From the NCBI GenBank assembly GCA_001776505.1, contig MFBV01000032.1:1-53558 (forward strand): a stretch of 53,558 nucleotides of DNA, written 5' to 3'. Positions 33,038 through 43,094 of the stretch are shown here, piece after piece. Each line of letters begins with the position of its first letter. Positions within the stretch are counted from its first letter, which is position 1. The notes under the pieces are model-generated. The model was given only the letters and a program-made list of their open reading frames with translations, made no database searches and was not told the DNA's origin. Source of the DNA: Candidatus Curtissbacteria bacterium RIFCSPLOWO2_02_FULL_40_11. GTDB lineage: Bacteria > Patescibacteriota > Microgenomatia > Curtissbacterales > GWA2-41-24. The position numbers and the translations under genes were made by a program.

Positions 33038-33656
33038 TCCGATAGGTTTTCGAATAGGTAATGTATACACATGGAGCTCCCGTTGGTTTGCAAGAAAAGG
33101 AGATTATTCAAAAAATCTCCTTGAAGACTATCAGATAAGACAATTTCTTATGACTAATTTGAAATCAGCTGGAGTTTCAAAAGTAGAAATAGAAAGATTT
33201 TTCGATAAAAAGACTATCACGATTCACGTTGCCAGACCAGGAGTAGCCATTGGTCGAGGAGGAGCTGGAGAAAAACAACTAAAAGCAGAACTGGTTAAAA
33301 AATATAAAATAAAGGATTCAGGGAAATTAGAAATTAAATTCTCTGAGGTAAAATCCCCGGATCTAGATGCTTACTTAGTAGCGACAAACATTGCAGATCA
33401 ACTTGAAAAAAGATTTCCATTTCGAAGAGTCATGTATCAATCGCTAGAGAGGATCAAAAGATCAGGAGCCAAAGGTGCAAAAATTTCTATTGCCGGAAGA
33501 CTTGGAGGAACAGAAATTGCACGCAGAGAAACAATAAAAGATGGAGCTGTACCACTGCATACAATCCGCGCAAGAATTGACTTTGTAAAAATCGATGCCC
33601 AGATTCCAAAAGCCGGGATAGTCGGTGTAAAAGTATGGATATACAAAGGAGATTAA
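33021..33656 (+). CDS. rpsC: 30S ribosomal protein S3
   Basis: MGQKVNPIGFRIG, KH domain, GRLGGTEIAR. Confidence 0.98.
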   Translation: MGQKVNPIGFRIGNVYTWSSRWFARKGDYSKNLLEDYQIRQFLMTNLKSAGVSKVEIERFFDKKTITIHVARPGVAIGRGGAGEKQLKAELVKKYKIKDSGKLEIKFSEVKSPDLDAYLVATNIADQLEKRFPFRRVMYQSLERIKRSGAKGAKISIAGRLGGTEIARRETIKDGAVPLHTIRARIDFVKIDAQIPKAGIVGVKVWIYKGD

Positions 33657-34061
33657 ATGCTTACACCAAGAAGAGCTAAGTATAGAAAACAATTTAGAAA
33701 TAAAAGAAGGGGTCTCGCGCTCCGCGGCAATAGCATATCTTTCGGGACAATTGGTCTCAAAAGCCAAGGAGTTGGTTGGGTAAGTGCTAGGCAGATCGAA
33801 GCTGCACGAAGAGCTATGACTCACTATACAAAAAGAGGTGGTAGGATCTGGATTCGTATTTTTCCAGACAAACCTGTGACCAAAAAACCTGCTGAAACTA
33901 GAATGGGGTCAGGTAAAGGTGATGTTGATCATTATGTAGCAGTTGTCAAACCCGGAGCCATTCTTTTTGAAATGGGATCCGTTGAAGAAAAAATAGCTAG
34001 AGAAGCGATGAGGCTCGCTGCGCACAAATTGCCAGTAAAAACAAAAATAATTTCAAGATGA
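33657..34061 (+). CDS. rplP: 50S ribosomal protein L16
   Basis: [33 protein letters not shown]. Confidence 0.98.
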   Translation: MLTPRRAKYRKQFRNKRRGLALRGNSISFGTIGLKSQGVGWVSARQIEAARRAMTHYTKRGGRIWIRIFPDKPVTKKPAETRMGSGKGDVDHYVAVVKPGAILFEMGSVEEKIAREAMRLAAHKLPVKTKIISR

Positions 34062-34345
34062 AAAAGAAAGACTTAAACGATCTAAAGACAAAAAACCTTG
34101 ACGAACTGGCGAAAAAAATAGCTGATCTCGAAAAAGGAAAAACAAATGAGCTATTGGAATTAAAAATGGGTAAGACCAAGAATGTCCACGCCACTGGGAA
34201 TATAAAAAAAGATATAGCAAAGATTAATACGATCATAAAAATGAAACTAGTTACAGAAAAACCGACGTCAAAAAAGAAAAAGGAGGAAGAGTCTTCAGTC
34301 GAAAAGACTAAGATGACCGAGACTAAATCACATGCCCCAAGTTAA
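34058..34345 (+). CDS. rpmC: 50S ribosomal protein L29 with C-terminal extension
   Basis: [24 protein letters not shown]; position between L16 and S17. Confidence 0.93.
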   Translation: MKKKDLNDLKTKNLDELAKKIADLEKGKTNELLELKMGKTKNVHATGNIKKDIAKINTIIKMKLVTEKPTSKKKKEEESSVEKTKMTETKSHAPS

Positions 34346-34562
34346 AACAGGAACTGTAGTTTCCAATAAGATGCAAAAGACGGTTGTCGTAAAAATCGAG
34401 ATGAGGGCAAAACACCCTCTATATAAAAAAATTATTACTAGATCAAAAAAAATCAAGGCGAGAGATGAATTAGGCGCAAAAGTTGGCCAAATGGTGAAAA
34501 TATCCGAGGTAAAGCCAATTTCAAAAAGTGTCAACTTTAAAGTTATGGAGGTAATTAAATAA
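34332..34562 (+). CDS. rpsQ: 30S ribosomal protein S17
   Basis: [24 protein letters not shown]. Confidence 0.96.
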   Translation: MPQVKTGTVVSNKMQKTVVVKIEMRAKHPLYKKIITRSKKIKARDELGAKVGQMVKISEVKPISKSVNFKVMEVIK

Positions 34563-34931
34563 ATGTTACTTCGACAATCAAGATTAAATGTAGCAGATAA
34601 CAGTGGCGCCAAAGTTTTAGAGGTTATTGGACTCGGCAAAGGAACTGGTAGACGATTCGTAGGTATCGGAGACGTGGTAACTTGTAGCGTTAAAGGGGCA
34701 ATACCTCACAGCCAGGTTAAAGATCATGAAATTGTAAAGGCAGTAATAGTTAGGACAAAAAAAGAGACAAGGAGAAAAGACGGGACTTTGATTAGATTTT
34801 CAGATAACGCTGCGGTAATAATCGACAACAATAAAGCACCGAGAGCAACACGAGTTTTTGGCCCAATTGCAGCTGAGATCAGAAGAAAAGGATTTAATAA
34901 AATTGCGTCCCTTGCGAAGGAGGTAATTTAA
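34563..34931 (+). CDS. rplN: 50S ribosomal protein L14
   Basis: [21 protein letters not shown]. Confidence 0.98.
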   Translation: MLLRQSRLNVADNSGAKVLEVIGLGKGTGRRFVGIGDVVTCSVKGAIPHSQVKDHEIVKAVIVRTKKETRRKDGTLIRFSDNAAVIIDNNKAPRATRVFGPIAAEIRRKGFNKIASLAKEVI

Positions 34932-34932
34932 T

Positions 34933-35241
34933 ATGTTCAAATACAAAACAGGAGACGAAGTATTAATTACAGCAGGTAAAGAAAAAGGTAAAAAAAGCAA
35001 AATAGAGAGAGTTTTACCGAGTGAAAATAAGCTAGTGATTACCGGTATCAACATTTATAAAAGACACAAGAAAGCCACTAGAAACGAAAAGGCTGGAATA
35101 TTTGAGGTTGTGAGACCAGTGTCTGTAGCGAATGTTCAAGTTATTTGCCCGAAATGTACAAAGCCGTCCCGAGTCGGGTTTGTAACCAGAGACAGTATAA
35201 AAAATCGTGTATGTAAAAAGTGCAAAGGGGTATTAAAATGA
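34933..35241 (+). CDS. rplX: 50S ribosomal protein L24
   Basis: KOW motif KTGDEVLITAGKEKGK; CPKC...CKKC pairs in the C-terminal part. Confidence 0.95.
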   Translation: MFKYKTGDEVLITAGKEKGKKSKIERVLPSENKLVITGINIYKRHKKATRNEKAGIFEVVRPVSVANVQVICPKCTKPSRVGFVTRDSIKNRVCKKCKGVLK

Positions 35242-35786
35242 GCAGATTGAATGATAAATACATAAAAGAGATAGCCCCAAAATTAAAAGAAGAATTCGGT
35301 CTTAAAAACGATCTAGCGCTACCACAGATAGAAAAAATAGTATTAAACACAGGAGCAGCAGAAGCACTTTCAGACAAAGGGGCAATCGAAAAAATAAAAG
35401 AGCAAATGGCCGCTATTTCTGGTCAAATGCCAAGAGTTACCAAAGCTAAGCATGCAATTTCGAGTTTTAAGCTTAAAGAAGGAGATAGAATCGGAGTTAT
35501 GGTTACTTTGAGGGGTAAAAAAACATGGAACTTTCTCGAGAAATTTATAGCGACAGTAGCACCGAGAATGAGGGATTTTAGAGGAATGCCGACAGAAAAA
35601 TTTGATGAAAAAGGGAATTATAGTTTTGGAATTACGGAACAAATACTTTTTCCGGAAATTGACTATTCAAAAATAGATAAAACAAGGGGTTTAGTGATGA
35701 CTTTGGTAATCAAAAATAGTAACGGAGATAAATCTAAAAGAATGTTGGAGCTTTTAGGATTGCCTTTTAAAAAGGAAAGTAATTAA
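35238..35786 (+). CDS. rplE: 50S ribosomal protein L5 (ATG 35238, ATGA overlap with rplX)
   Basis: MSRLNDKYIKEIAPKLKEEFG, MRDFRGMP. Confidence 0.96.
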   Translation: MSRLNDKYIKEIAPKLKEEFGLKNDLALPQIEKIVLNTGAAEALSDKGAIEKIKEQMAAISGQMPRVTKAKHAISSFKLKEGDRIGVMVTLRGKKTWNFLEKFIATVAPRMRDFRGMPTEKFDEKGNYSFGITEQILFPEIDYSKIDKTRGLVMTLVIKNSNGDKSKRMLELLGLPFKKESN

Positions 35787-35824
35787 CGATGAAGGTATAT
35801 TTACATAAATTAAATCAAATCTCA

Positions 35825-35900
35825 AAATTGGATCTGGCAAGGCCAGAACAATTTGGCCCACTTAAGGGAAACCGTAGGTATTCCTTAAAAGTCAGTTAAC
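35825..35900 (+). promoter_or_regulatory. short variant of the rpsL/rpsM leader motif (upstream of rpsN)
   Basis: AAATTG-gatCTGGCaaGCCAGaa-CAATTT covaries with TTTGAA..TTCAAA; AAGGGAA-ACC-GTA-GGT-ATTCCTT keeps the ACCGTAGGT loop of the rpsL copy; ends TCCTTAAAAGT. Confidence 0.6.
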
Positions 35901-36086
35901 ATGGCAAGAAAAGCACTAGTAGTAAAAAACGAAAAAAAACCGAAATTTAAAAATAGACGCATCAATAGATGCAATCTTTGCGGTAGACCAAGAGCGTACT
36001 TAAGGAAATTTGGTATGTGTCGAATCTGCTTTAGAGATTTGGTCCACAAAGGAGAAGTTCCGGGAGTCAAAAAATCATCATGGTAA
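35901..36086 (+). CDS. rpsN: 30S ribosomal protein S14, Zn-binding type Z
   Basis: 61 aa, [22 protein letters not shown]. Confidence 0.96.
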   Translation: MARKALVVKNEKKPKFKNRRINRCNLCGRPRAYLRKFGMCRICFRDLVHKGEVPGVKKSSW

Positions 36087-36144
36087 TTCAACAATTAGAA
36101 ATTAGAAATTTTAAATTAGAAATTCCCGACTAAAAGGAGGACCA

Positions 36145-36519
36145 ATGGATCCAGTGGCTAACATGTTCGCAACAATTAAAAATGGCTACATGGCTAATAA
36201 AAATAATGTTTCTGTACCATACTCGAAATTTAAATTAGAGATAGCTAAAGTTTTAGAAAAGCAAAATTTTGTCGGAAAAGTTGCTCAAAAAGATAAAAAA
36301 ATCGAAATTGATTTATTGTATGAAAATCAAAAACCAAAAGTAGCTGAAATTAAAAAAGTTTCGAAACTCGGTCTTCGAGTCTATTCAAAGAGCAAGCATA
36401 TAAATTTAGTCAAAGGCGGGAGAGGGATAACTATAATTTCTACTCCCAACGGCGTTATGGCCGGAAGCGAAGCCAGAAAGAAAAAATTAGGGGGGGAGGT
36501 AATCTGCCAAGTTTGGTAG
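36145..36519 (+). CDS. rpsH: 30S ribosomal protein S8
   Basis: DPVANMFATIKNG, GGEVICQVW. Confidence 0.97.
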   Translation: MDPVANMFATIKNGYMANKNNVSVPYSKFKLEIAKVLEKQNFVGKVAQKDKKIEIDLLYENQKPKVAEIKKVSKLGLRVYSKSKHINLVKGGRGITIISTPNGVMAGSEARKKKLGGEVICQVW

Positions 36520-36529
36520 ATAAATACAA

Positions 36530-37081
36530 ATGTCTAAAATAGGAAATTTACCTATTGAAACTCCAGAGGGAGTAACAGTGAGTGTAATTGACAATATTAT
36601 TAAGGTTTCTGGTTCTAAAGGAGAATTATCATTCTCATTTCGACCAGAAATTAAAGTTGAAACAGATGGAAAAGAAATAAAAGTCAGCCGAAGAAATGAT
36701 TCGAAGTTTGTTAAATCACTTCATGGTTTAACAAGAAGCCTAATTGCAAACATGATTATGGGTGTAACCGAAGGTCATAGCAAAAAATTAGAACTCGTGG
36801 GTGTTGGGTATCGAGCGTCTAAACAGGGCGAAAATTTAGTACTTAATGTAGGTTATTCTCATCCAGTAGTTATAGAAAGTATAACAGGTATTCAGCTAGA
36901 TACAAAAGAAAATAAAATTACCGTTTCTGGCGCAGACAAAGCATTAGTTGGGGAAATAGCGGCAACAATTAGAAGGGTTAGACCTCCAGAGCCGTACAAA
37001 GGAAAAGGCATAAAGTATGTCGATGAGGTTATTAGAAGAAAAGCCGGAAAGGCTTTAAAGAGCGCACAAGGAGCAGCTTAA
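36530..37081 (+). CDS. rplF: 50S ribosomal protein L6
   Basis: [30 protein letters not shown]. Confidence 0.97.
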   Translation: MSKIGNLPIETPEGVTVSVIDNIIKVSGSKGELSFSFRPEIKVETDGKEIKVSRRNDSKFVKSLHGLTRSLIANMIMGVTEGHSKKLELVGVGYRASKQGENLVLNVGYSHPVVIESITGIQLDTKENKITVSGADKALVGEIAATIRRVRPPEPYKGKGIKYVDEVIRRKAGKALKSAQGAA

Positions 37082-37443
37082 TGAATAAAAAAGACAGAAG
37101 AACAACAAGACATATGAAGGTACGCAAAAGAGTTTTTGGGACCAAAGATAAACCAAGACTTAGCGTTTTTCGATCAAATAAAAACATATATGCTCAGCTT
37201 ATAGACGATCACCAAGCAAGCACCTTAGTTGGGATTTCGACAGTTAAAATGAAGGACATGAAAGATAATGATCCACAAAAATCGAAAAAATTTGATCAAG
37301 CAAAAAAAGTAGGAGACGAGATAGCAAAAATCGCAATTAAAAAGAAAATCAAAAAGGTAGTTTTCGACAGAGGTGGATTTAAATATCATGGTCGAATCAA
37401 AGCTCTTGCTGAAGCCGCCAAAAAAGGAGGATTGAATTTCTAA
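37081..37443 (+). CDS. rplR: 50S ribosomal protein L18
   Basis: [37 protein letters not shown]. Confidence 0.97.
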   Translation: MNKKDRRTTRHMKVRKRVFGTKDKPRLSVFRSNKNIYAQLIDDHQASTLVGISTVKMKDMKDNDPQKSKKFDQAKKVGDEIAKIAIKKKIKKVVFDRGGFKYHGRIKALAEAAKKGGLNF

Positions 37444-37901
37444 TGAGAAGAGAGGAAAAAATGATGAGTGAAGCTAAGGAATTCGAGGAAAAGGTAGTTC
37501 GAGTTAATCGAGTCTCTAAAAAAACTAAAGGGGGAAACCGAATAGGATTTTCAGTAATTGTAGTGGTTGGTGACAGAAAAGGGAGAGTTGGTGTTGGTTT
37601 GGGTAAAGCCAGGGACGTCGCTTCTGCAATTAGAAAAGGAATCTCGCTAGCGAAAAAAAGGCTTGTGGATGTCCCTATTGTTAACGGTACTATTCCTCAC
37701 GATATATATGTTAAACGCGGTGCAGCAAAAGTTCTATTGAAACCAGCACCAGAAGGATCGGGAGTAATTGCTGGCGGAGCAGTTAGGGTTGTTGTAGAAG
37801 CGGCTGGAATTAGAAACATTTCTAGTAAAGTATTAGGAACCAGAAATCCTGCTTCTAATATTTATGCGACGCTAGATGCTTTAGGGAGTTTAGTGAAATG
37901 A
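37443..37901 (+). CDS. rpsE: 30S ribosomal protein S5 (alternative ATG at 37461 after AGAGAGGA)
   Basis: [38 protein letters not shown]. Confidence 0.96.
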   Translation: MRREEKMMSEAKEFEEKVVRVNRVSKKTKGGNRIGFSVIVVVGDRKGRVGVGLGKARDVASAIRKGISLAKKRLVDVPIVNGTIPHDIYVKRGAAKVLLKPAPEGSGVIAGGAVRVVVEAAGIRNISSKVLGTRNPASNIYATLDALGSLVK

Positions 37902-38401
37902 ATTTAGATAAATTGCCAAAATCAAAAAAGAAACAAGCAAAAAGAGTTGGTAGGGGGATTGCCTCAGGTCGTGGTAAAACTGCAGGGCGAGGCACCAAAG
38001 GTCAGAAAGCCAGGAGCAAGATGTCTATTGCTCATCCGCACTTTGAGGGCGGTCAGCGCCCGCTTTTTAAAAGACTTCCATATCGTCGCGGGAAAGGAAA
38101 TTCTAAAATTTCTAAAAAACCTATCATAATTAATTTAGACGCTATAAATTTGCTTCCCAAGGGTAGTACTGTAAATCTTGAATCTTTAATAAAGCATCGA
38201 ATAGTAGCTGCAGATGACGCTGAAATCTATGGAGTCAAAGTTTTGGGCGACGGAAATCTCACTTCTTCGTACAAATTTGAGGTCAAAACTTCAAAAAGTG
38301 CCGCTAAAAAGATAGAAAAAGCTGGTGGACAAATTATCAAATGGCAATCAATTAAAAGTAATACTGAAAAAAAAGAGGAGAAAAAAGGAAATAATAGATG
38401 A
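37898..38401 (+). CDS. rplO: 50S ribosomal protein L15
   Basis: [23 protein letters not shown]; ATGA overlap with rpsE leaves no room for rpmD. Confidence 0.96.
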   Translation: MNLDKLPKSKKKQAKRVGRGIASGRGKTAGRGTKGQKARSKMSIAHPHFEGGQRPLFKRLPYRRGKGNSKISKKPIIINLDAINLLPKGSTVNLESLIKHRIVAADDAEIYGVKVLGDGNLTSSYKFEVKTSKSAAKKIEKAGGQIIKWQSIKSNTEKKEEKKGNNR

Positions 38402-39693
38402 AGTACTTAGAATTACTGAGAAAAATTCTTAGAAATAAAGAACTTAAAAAGAAACTGTTGTTTACAGCATTTATATTTCTAATTTTTAGAATTTTTGCAC
38501 AAGTACCTGTTCCCGGAGTAGATATCGTTTCTTTGAGAAGGCTTTTTAGCGAGAGTCAATTGCTTTCGTTACTTGATATTTTTTCCGGTGGAACTCTAGC
38601 TAATTTTTCGGTAATGTCTCTTGGTTTGAACCCTTATATTAATGCCAGCATTATTATGCAACTTCTTCAGATGGTTTTCCCTAAACTGGAAGAACTTGCA
38701 AAAGAAGGTGAGTCTGGACGAGAGAGAATTAACCAATATACACGTTACCTAACCGTTCCGCTTGCCGCCGTACAAGCATTCGGAATTTTTATACTTTTAA
38801 GGAACCAGCAGATAGTATCGGCTGTTAATCCACTAACACTTATATCTCTGGTTTTGTCCATTACAACAGGCACAATTCTACTTATGTGGTTCGGCGAATT
38901 AATCACGGAAAAAGGAGTAGGAAACGGCATTTCGATGATCATTTTTGCTGGAATTGTGGGTAGATTGCCGATTGGATTATTTCAACAAGTATCCGTATTT
39001 GATCCTTCGCAAATTAGGAACATAATTATTTTTATCGTAATGGCTTTAGTAGTAGTAGTAGGTATCGTTTTCGTGACTGAAGGGAGACGCCCAATAAAAG
39101 TCCATTATTCTAGAAGAAGCGCAAGCGGGCAGACCTCTGCAACAACAAGCTTTATTCCCTTGAGAGTTAACCAGGCAGGTGTCATACCTATCATTTTCGC
39201 TGTTTCTTTAGTTCTTTTGCCAACAACCTTTGCTGGATTTTTTGAAAGGTCACCAAATCAAGCAATCGCGAATATTGCCTCCAACATACAACGACTTCTT
39301 GATCCTTCCGGGATTCCTTACAACACAATATACTTCTTACTTGTAGTCGGGTTTACTTATTTTTATACGACAGTAGCATTCAATACTAAACAAATTTCCG
39401 AGATGCTCATGAAACAGGGCGGGTTTTTGCCCGGCATCAGACCTGGTTCACCAACTAAAAAATTTCTTGATTATGTCTCGATGAGAATCACTTTATTTGG
39501 GGCAGTATTTCTTGGACTTATAGCTATTCTTCCTTCAATCGGGCAAATACTTACGAATATTACCACATTAATAATTGGTGGGACGGGGCTTCTCATTGTT
39601 GTTGTAGTAATTCTCGAAACTACAAAGCAAATAGAATCTCAACTGGTTATGAGCGATTACGACACTATGTTTGCAAGGAGTAGGACAAGATGA
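38398..39693 (+). CDS. secY: preprotein translocase subunit SecY
   Basis: 10-TM profile, [27 protein letters not shown]. Confidence 0.97.
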   Translation: MKYLELLRKILRNKELKKKLLFTAFIFLIFRIFAQVPVPGVDIVSLRRLFSESQLLSLLDIFSGGTLANFSVMSLGLNPYINASIIMQLLQMVFPKLEELAKEGESGRERINQYTRYLTVPLAAVQAFGIFILLRNQQIVSAVNPLTLISLVLSITTGTILLMWFGELITEKGVGNGISMIIFAGIVGRLPIGLFQQVSVFDPSQIRNIIIFIVMALVVVVGIVFVTEGRRPIKVHYSRRSASGQTSATTSFIPLRVNQAGVIPIIFAVSLVLLPTTFAGFFERSPNQAIANIASNIQRLLDPSGIPYNTIYFLLVVGFTYFYTTVAFNTKQISEMLMKQGGFLPGIRPGSPTKKFLDYVSMRITLFGAVFLGLIAILPSIGQILTNITTLIIGGTGLLIVVVVILETTKQIESQLVMSDYDTMFARSRTR

Positions 39694-40220
39694 AAATTGT
39701 TTTTTTAGGTGGGCAAGGTTCAGGTAAATCCACACAAGCAAAATTACTTGCCCAAAAGCTCAAATACCCATATTTCGAAATGGGAGAATTATTAAGAGGG
39801 AAGGCAAAAGAAAATAGCGAAGTTGGCAACAATGTTAAAAACGCATTAGAAAAAGGGAATCTTGTACCTAACCAAATCACCATCAATATCTTAAAAGAAA
39901 ATACTAAAAATGCTCACAAAGGATATGTTTTGGACGGTTTTCCAAGAAATGCAACCCAAATGGCAGAGTTAGATAGTGACATCGCAAAAGTATATTACAT
40001 AAAAGTTTCGGACGAAGAAGCTGTAAGAAGACTCGAAAAAAGAAAAAGGAGTGATGATAACGAACAAGCTCTTACAAAAAGACTGGAAATTTATCATCAG
40101 CAAACTGAACCGCTACTAAAAGATTTTAGACAAAAGGGAATCTTAGATGAAGTTAATGGAGAAAGACCAATTGAGGAAATTCACCAAGACATTTTAAATC
40201 GTGTCCAAGACTCAATATGA
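39690..40220 (+). CDS. adk: adenylate kinase, short form
   Basis: P-loop [23 protein letters not shown]; 176 aa with a short LID. Confidence 0.93.
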   Translation: MKIVFLGGQGSGKSTQAKLLAQKLKYPYFEMGELLRGKAKENSEVGNNVKNALEKGNLVPNQITINILKENTKNAHKGYVLDGFPRNATQMAELDSDIAKVYYIKVSDEEAVRRLEKRKRSDDNEQALTKRLEIYHQQTEPLLKDFRQKGILDEVNGERPIEEIHQDILNRVQDSI

Positions 40221-40977
40221 AAACATGCAAAAATTTTCAAAATCCGACAAAGAAATAGAAATTATGAAAAAATCAGGGCAAATCTGTGCCAACGCATTAA
40301 AAAAGGTTTTAGAAGATATAAAGCCTGGCACTAAGTTATTAAATCTTGATAGGATTGCCAGTAAAGAGTTAGAAAGACAAGGGGCAAGCTCTTCTTTTAA
40401 AACAGTCGAAGATTATAAATATACAATCTGCACTACAGTAAATGAGCAGGTTGTACACGGTATACCCAACGACAGAGTTTTAGAAGAAGGTGACATTATT
40501 GGCATCGACATTGGTGCTTTGTATAAGAATTATCATAGCGACTTAGCAATAACTGTCCCGGTTGGGGAAACTTCAGAGGACACTGAAATTTTCCTTAATG
40601 TTGGCAAGACAACCCTATATGAAGCGATTAATAAAGCAAAAGTTGGCAACACAATCGGCGACATTTCTGAAACGATTCAAAATAGGATTGAAGGCAGTGG
40701 TTATTCCATTGTTAAAAACTTAACGGGTCATGGAGTCGGCCGAGAACTTCACGAGGAACCGATGGTACCAGGCTTTGGGAAGAAGGGAACAGGGCCGAAG
40801 CTTGTAGAAAACATGACTATAGCAATAGAGATAATTTATACCAAAGGCTCTGGTGAAGTAGTTTTGGGAAAAGATAACTGGACGATCTCATCAAAAGACA
40901 AATCAATCGGTGGTCTTTTCGAACAAACTATAGCAATTAACAAAAATGGCCCTATAGTGTTGACGCCATATTTCTAG
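40201..40977 (+). CDS. map: type I methionine aminopeptidase (in-frame ATG 40225 is an alternative start)
   Basis: VVHGIPN, DIGALYKNYHSD, GHGVGRELHEEP, AIEIIY metal ligands. Confidence 0.95.
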   Translation: MSKTQYENMQKFSKSDKEIEIMKKSGQICANALKKVLEDIKPGTKLLNLDRIASKELERQGASSSFKTVEDYKYTICTTVNEQVVHGIPNDRVLEEGDIIGIDIGALYKNYHSDLAITVPVGETSEDTEIFLNVGKTTLYEAINKAKVGNTIGDISETIQNRIEGSGYSIVKNLTGHGVGRELHEEPMVPGFGKKGTGPKLVENMTIAIEIIYTKGSGEVVLGKDNWTISSKDKSIGGLFEQTIAINKNGPIVLTPYF

Positions 40978-41015
40978 TTTGATAGAATGCAAGTTCAATT
41001 AAGAAACAATAGAGT

Positions 41016-41255
41016 ATGAAACAAGGTGTAATCGAAGCAGAAGGAGAAGTTACTGAAGCCCTGCCAAATACAATGTTTAGGGTAAAAATTTCCGCTGGTC
41101 AACTCCCCAATGTGGAAGAGGACCGAATAGTTTTATGTCACCTTTCCGGCAAAATGCGTATTCATTATGTCAGGATTTTGCCAGGCGACAAGGTCAAGAT
41201 TGAGCTAACGCCATATGATTTAGAAAGAGGAAGAATAACTTACAGAAATCGATAA
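41016..41255 (+). CDS. infA: translation initiation factor IF-1
   Basis: S1-like fold, [33 protein letters not shown]. Confidence 0.97.
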   Translation: MKQGVIEAEGEVTEALPNTMFRVKISAGQLPNVEEDRIVLCHLSGKMRIHYVRILPGDKVKIELTPYDLERGRITYRNR

Positions 41256-41257
41256 AA

Positions 41258-41371
41258 ATGAAAGTTCAAGCAAGCGTAAAAAAAAGATGTGTAAACTGTA
41301 AAATTATCAAAAGAAAAGGCAGGTTGTATGTTATCTGTATCAATCCACGCCATAAACAACGTCAAGGATGA
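41258..41371 (+). CDS. rpmJ: 50S ribosomal protein L36 (below the ORF-track length cut-off)
   Basis: My translation: [37 protein letters not shown]; 37 aa, CxxC...C..H Zn motif. Confidence 0.95.
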   Translation: MKVQASVKKRCVNCKIIKRKGRLYVICINPRHKQRQG

Positions 41372-41446
41372 TAGATAATTTAAAAATCAAATATTAAAGA
41401 TCAAAATTAAAAATGAAAATAATAAGTCTAAAAGTAAAACTACTAA

Positions 41447-41547
41447 AATTTAATTTGAATCTGGCTCGGCCAGTTCAAATTATTCCTACAAGGGAAAGAG
41501 GAATATTAAGGAGAAAACCTCAAGGCTTGTCTCCTTAAAGTAAATTT
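41447..41547 (+). promoter_or_regulatory. conserved structured leader/operator, copy 2 (upstream of rpsM)
   Basis: See 21479-21575; hairpin TTTGAAtCTGGC-tcg-GCCAGTTCAAA; AAGGAGA...TCTCCTT hairpin ends 11 nt before the ATG. Confidence 0.75.
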
Positions 41548-41940
41548 ATGACCAGAATTTTAGGAATAGAAATACCGAGCGAAAAAAGAATTGAAGCATC
41601 TCTACCATACATTTATGGTGTGGGTACTACTCTTGCTAGAAAAATAATTAAAGAATGCAACTTAGATGCAGATAAAAGAACTAAGAATTTATCAGAAGAG
41701 GAAGTAAGCAAACTTCAAAAGGCACTAGAGAAGTACAAGGTAGAAGGAGATCTAAGAAGAGAAGTTCAAAGTAATATTAAGCGTTTGCAAGAGATAGGAA
41801 CATATCGAGGTTCAAGACATAGTAAGAATTTACCGGTTAGAGGGCAAAGGACAAGAGTTAACGCCAGAACTAAAAGAGGCAAACGAGTAACAATTGGAAC
41901 AACTCGCAAAGATATAGTTGCCAAAAAGGGAGCAGAATAA
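41548..41940 (+). CDS. rpsM: 30S ribosomal protein S13
   Basis: RILGIEIPSEKRIEASLPYIYGVG, YRGSRH. Confidence 0.97.
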   Translation: MTRILGIEIPSEKRIEASLPYIYGVGTTLARKIIKECNLDADKRTKNLSEEEVSKLQKALEKYKVEGDLRREVQSNIKRLQEIGTYRGSRHSKNLPVRGQRTRVNARTKRGKRVTIGTTRKDIVAKKGAE

Positions 41941-41955
41941 ACAAGTAAATAAAAA

Positions 41956-42348
41956 ATGGCAAAATTAACAAAAAAATCAAAGAAAAAAACAATAGAAAAA
42001 AACATTAATCACGCGCGTGCCTACGTTACCGCGACATTCAACAACACACTGGTTACCCTGACAGATCAAAACGGAAGTACAATCGCGTGGGGATCAGCTG
42101 GGGCATCAGGATTCAAAGGGGCTCGCAAATCTACTCCTTTCGCTGCAACAACTGTAGTTGAAAAGATAGCAACTACGGCTAAAGAAAATGGGGTTTCAAG
42201 CATAGAAATATACCTAAAAGGTCCGGGTCCCGGTAGAGATAGTTCAATTAGAGCTTTCAAAGCTGCCGGGTTAAATATAACTTTGATAGCTGACGTTACT
42301 CCTATTCCTCATAACGGTCCTCGGGCTAAAAAAAGAAGGAGAACATGA
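41956..42348 (+). CDS. rpsK: 30S ribosomal protein S11
   Basis: AYVTATFNNTLVTLTD, GFKGARKSTPFAA, PHNGPRAKKRRR. Confidence 0.97.
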   Translation: MAKLTKKSKKKTIEKNINHARAYVTATFNNTLVTLTDQNGSTIAWGSAGASGFKGARKSTPFAATTVVEKIATTAKENGVSSIEIYLKGPGPGRDSSIRAFKAAGLNITLIADVTPIPHNGPRAKKRRRT

Positions 42349-42396
42349 TACCAATTTCAAATAAATACCAATTTCAAATAAATACCAATTTCAAAT
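42349..42396 (+). repeat. 17-bp tandem repeat TACCAATTTCAAATAAA x about 2.8 in the rpsK-rpsD spacer
   Basis: Direct reading; followed by two inverted GAAATTGG copies at 42406-42413 and 42441-42448. Confidence 0.9.
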
Positions 42397-42471
42397 TGAT
42401 TTTTGGAAATTGGAAAGAAAACGTTGCCTCGTGGCAAGTGGAAATTGGAAATTCCCGACAACGGAGGGGTC

Positions 42472-43077
42472 GTGGCTAGATATACGGGACCAAAACATAA
42501 ACTTTGCAGAGCTGAAGGAGTTGCGATTTGTGGGCTTGCAAAGTGTCCGGTAATTCGAAAAAACGCCGGACCTCCCGGCCAGCATGGCCAAAAAAGAAGA
42601 CGCAAACAATCCGACTATGGCATACAACTTCGTGAGAAACAAAAAGTTAAAAGAATGTACGGTGTATTAGAAAAACAATTCAAGAAAACTTATGATAAGG
42701 CATCACGCACAAAAGCTGCTACTGGTGAAGCACTTCTGCAAATGCTAGAAATTCGCCTGGACAATGTAGTCTACAGACTTAACTTAGCAGAAACTCGCCC
42801 ACAAGCGAGACAATTAGTTTCTCACGGTCATGTTTTGGTTGCGGGTAAAAAAGTGACTATTCCTTCTTATAGTGTTAAAATAGGCGACATTATTTCTCTT
42901 TCGCAAAAGGCTTCGAACTTAAATTTTGTCAAAAAAATATCAGAGGATAAAAATAGGCAAATTCCACAATGGCTTGAGAAAAAGGCTATTGTTGGTAAAG
43001 TTAAGGCAAAACCAAAAAGAGAAGATATTGATATCGATGTTAATGAAAGATTAATTGTGGAACATTACTCAAGATAA
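42472..43077 (+). CDS. rpsD: 30S ribosomal protein S4 (GTG 42472 after GGAGGGG; the track start 42403 is too long)
   Basis: ARYTGPKHKLCRAEG N-terminus matches the canonical S4 start; S4 RNA-binding domain RLDNVVYRL. Confidence 0.93.
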   Translation: MARYTGPKHKLCRAEGVAICGLAKCPVIRKNAGPPGQHGQKRRRKQSDYGIQLREKQKVKRMYGVLEKQFKKTYDKASRTKAATGEALLQMLEIRLDNVVYRLNLAETRPQARQLVSHGHVLVAGKKVTIPSYSVKIGDIISLSQKASNLNFVKKISEDKNRQIPQWLEKKAIVGKVKAKPKREDIDIDVNERLIVEHYSR

Positions 43078-43094
43078 AAGGGAGGTGAAAAAAT

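Noticed and set aside
37890-37905. Missing rpmD (L30) as an annotation or assembly gap
   Set aside because: The rpsE stop and rplO start overlap by 4 nt (ATGA), so no sequence is missing at this junction. The absence is real for this locus.
42349-42396. Possible CRISPR array (17-bp direct repeats)
   Set aside because: The copies are contiguous with no spacers, there are fewer than three full units, the sequence is AT-rich, and no cas genes are present. It is a tandem repeat, not a CRISPR.
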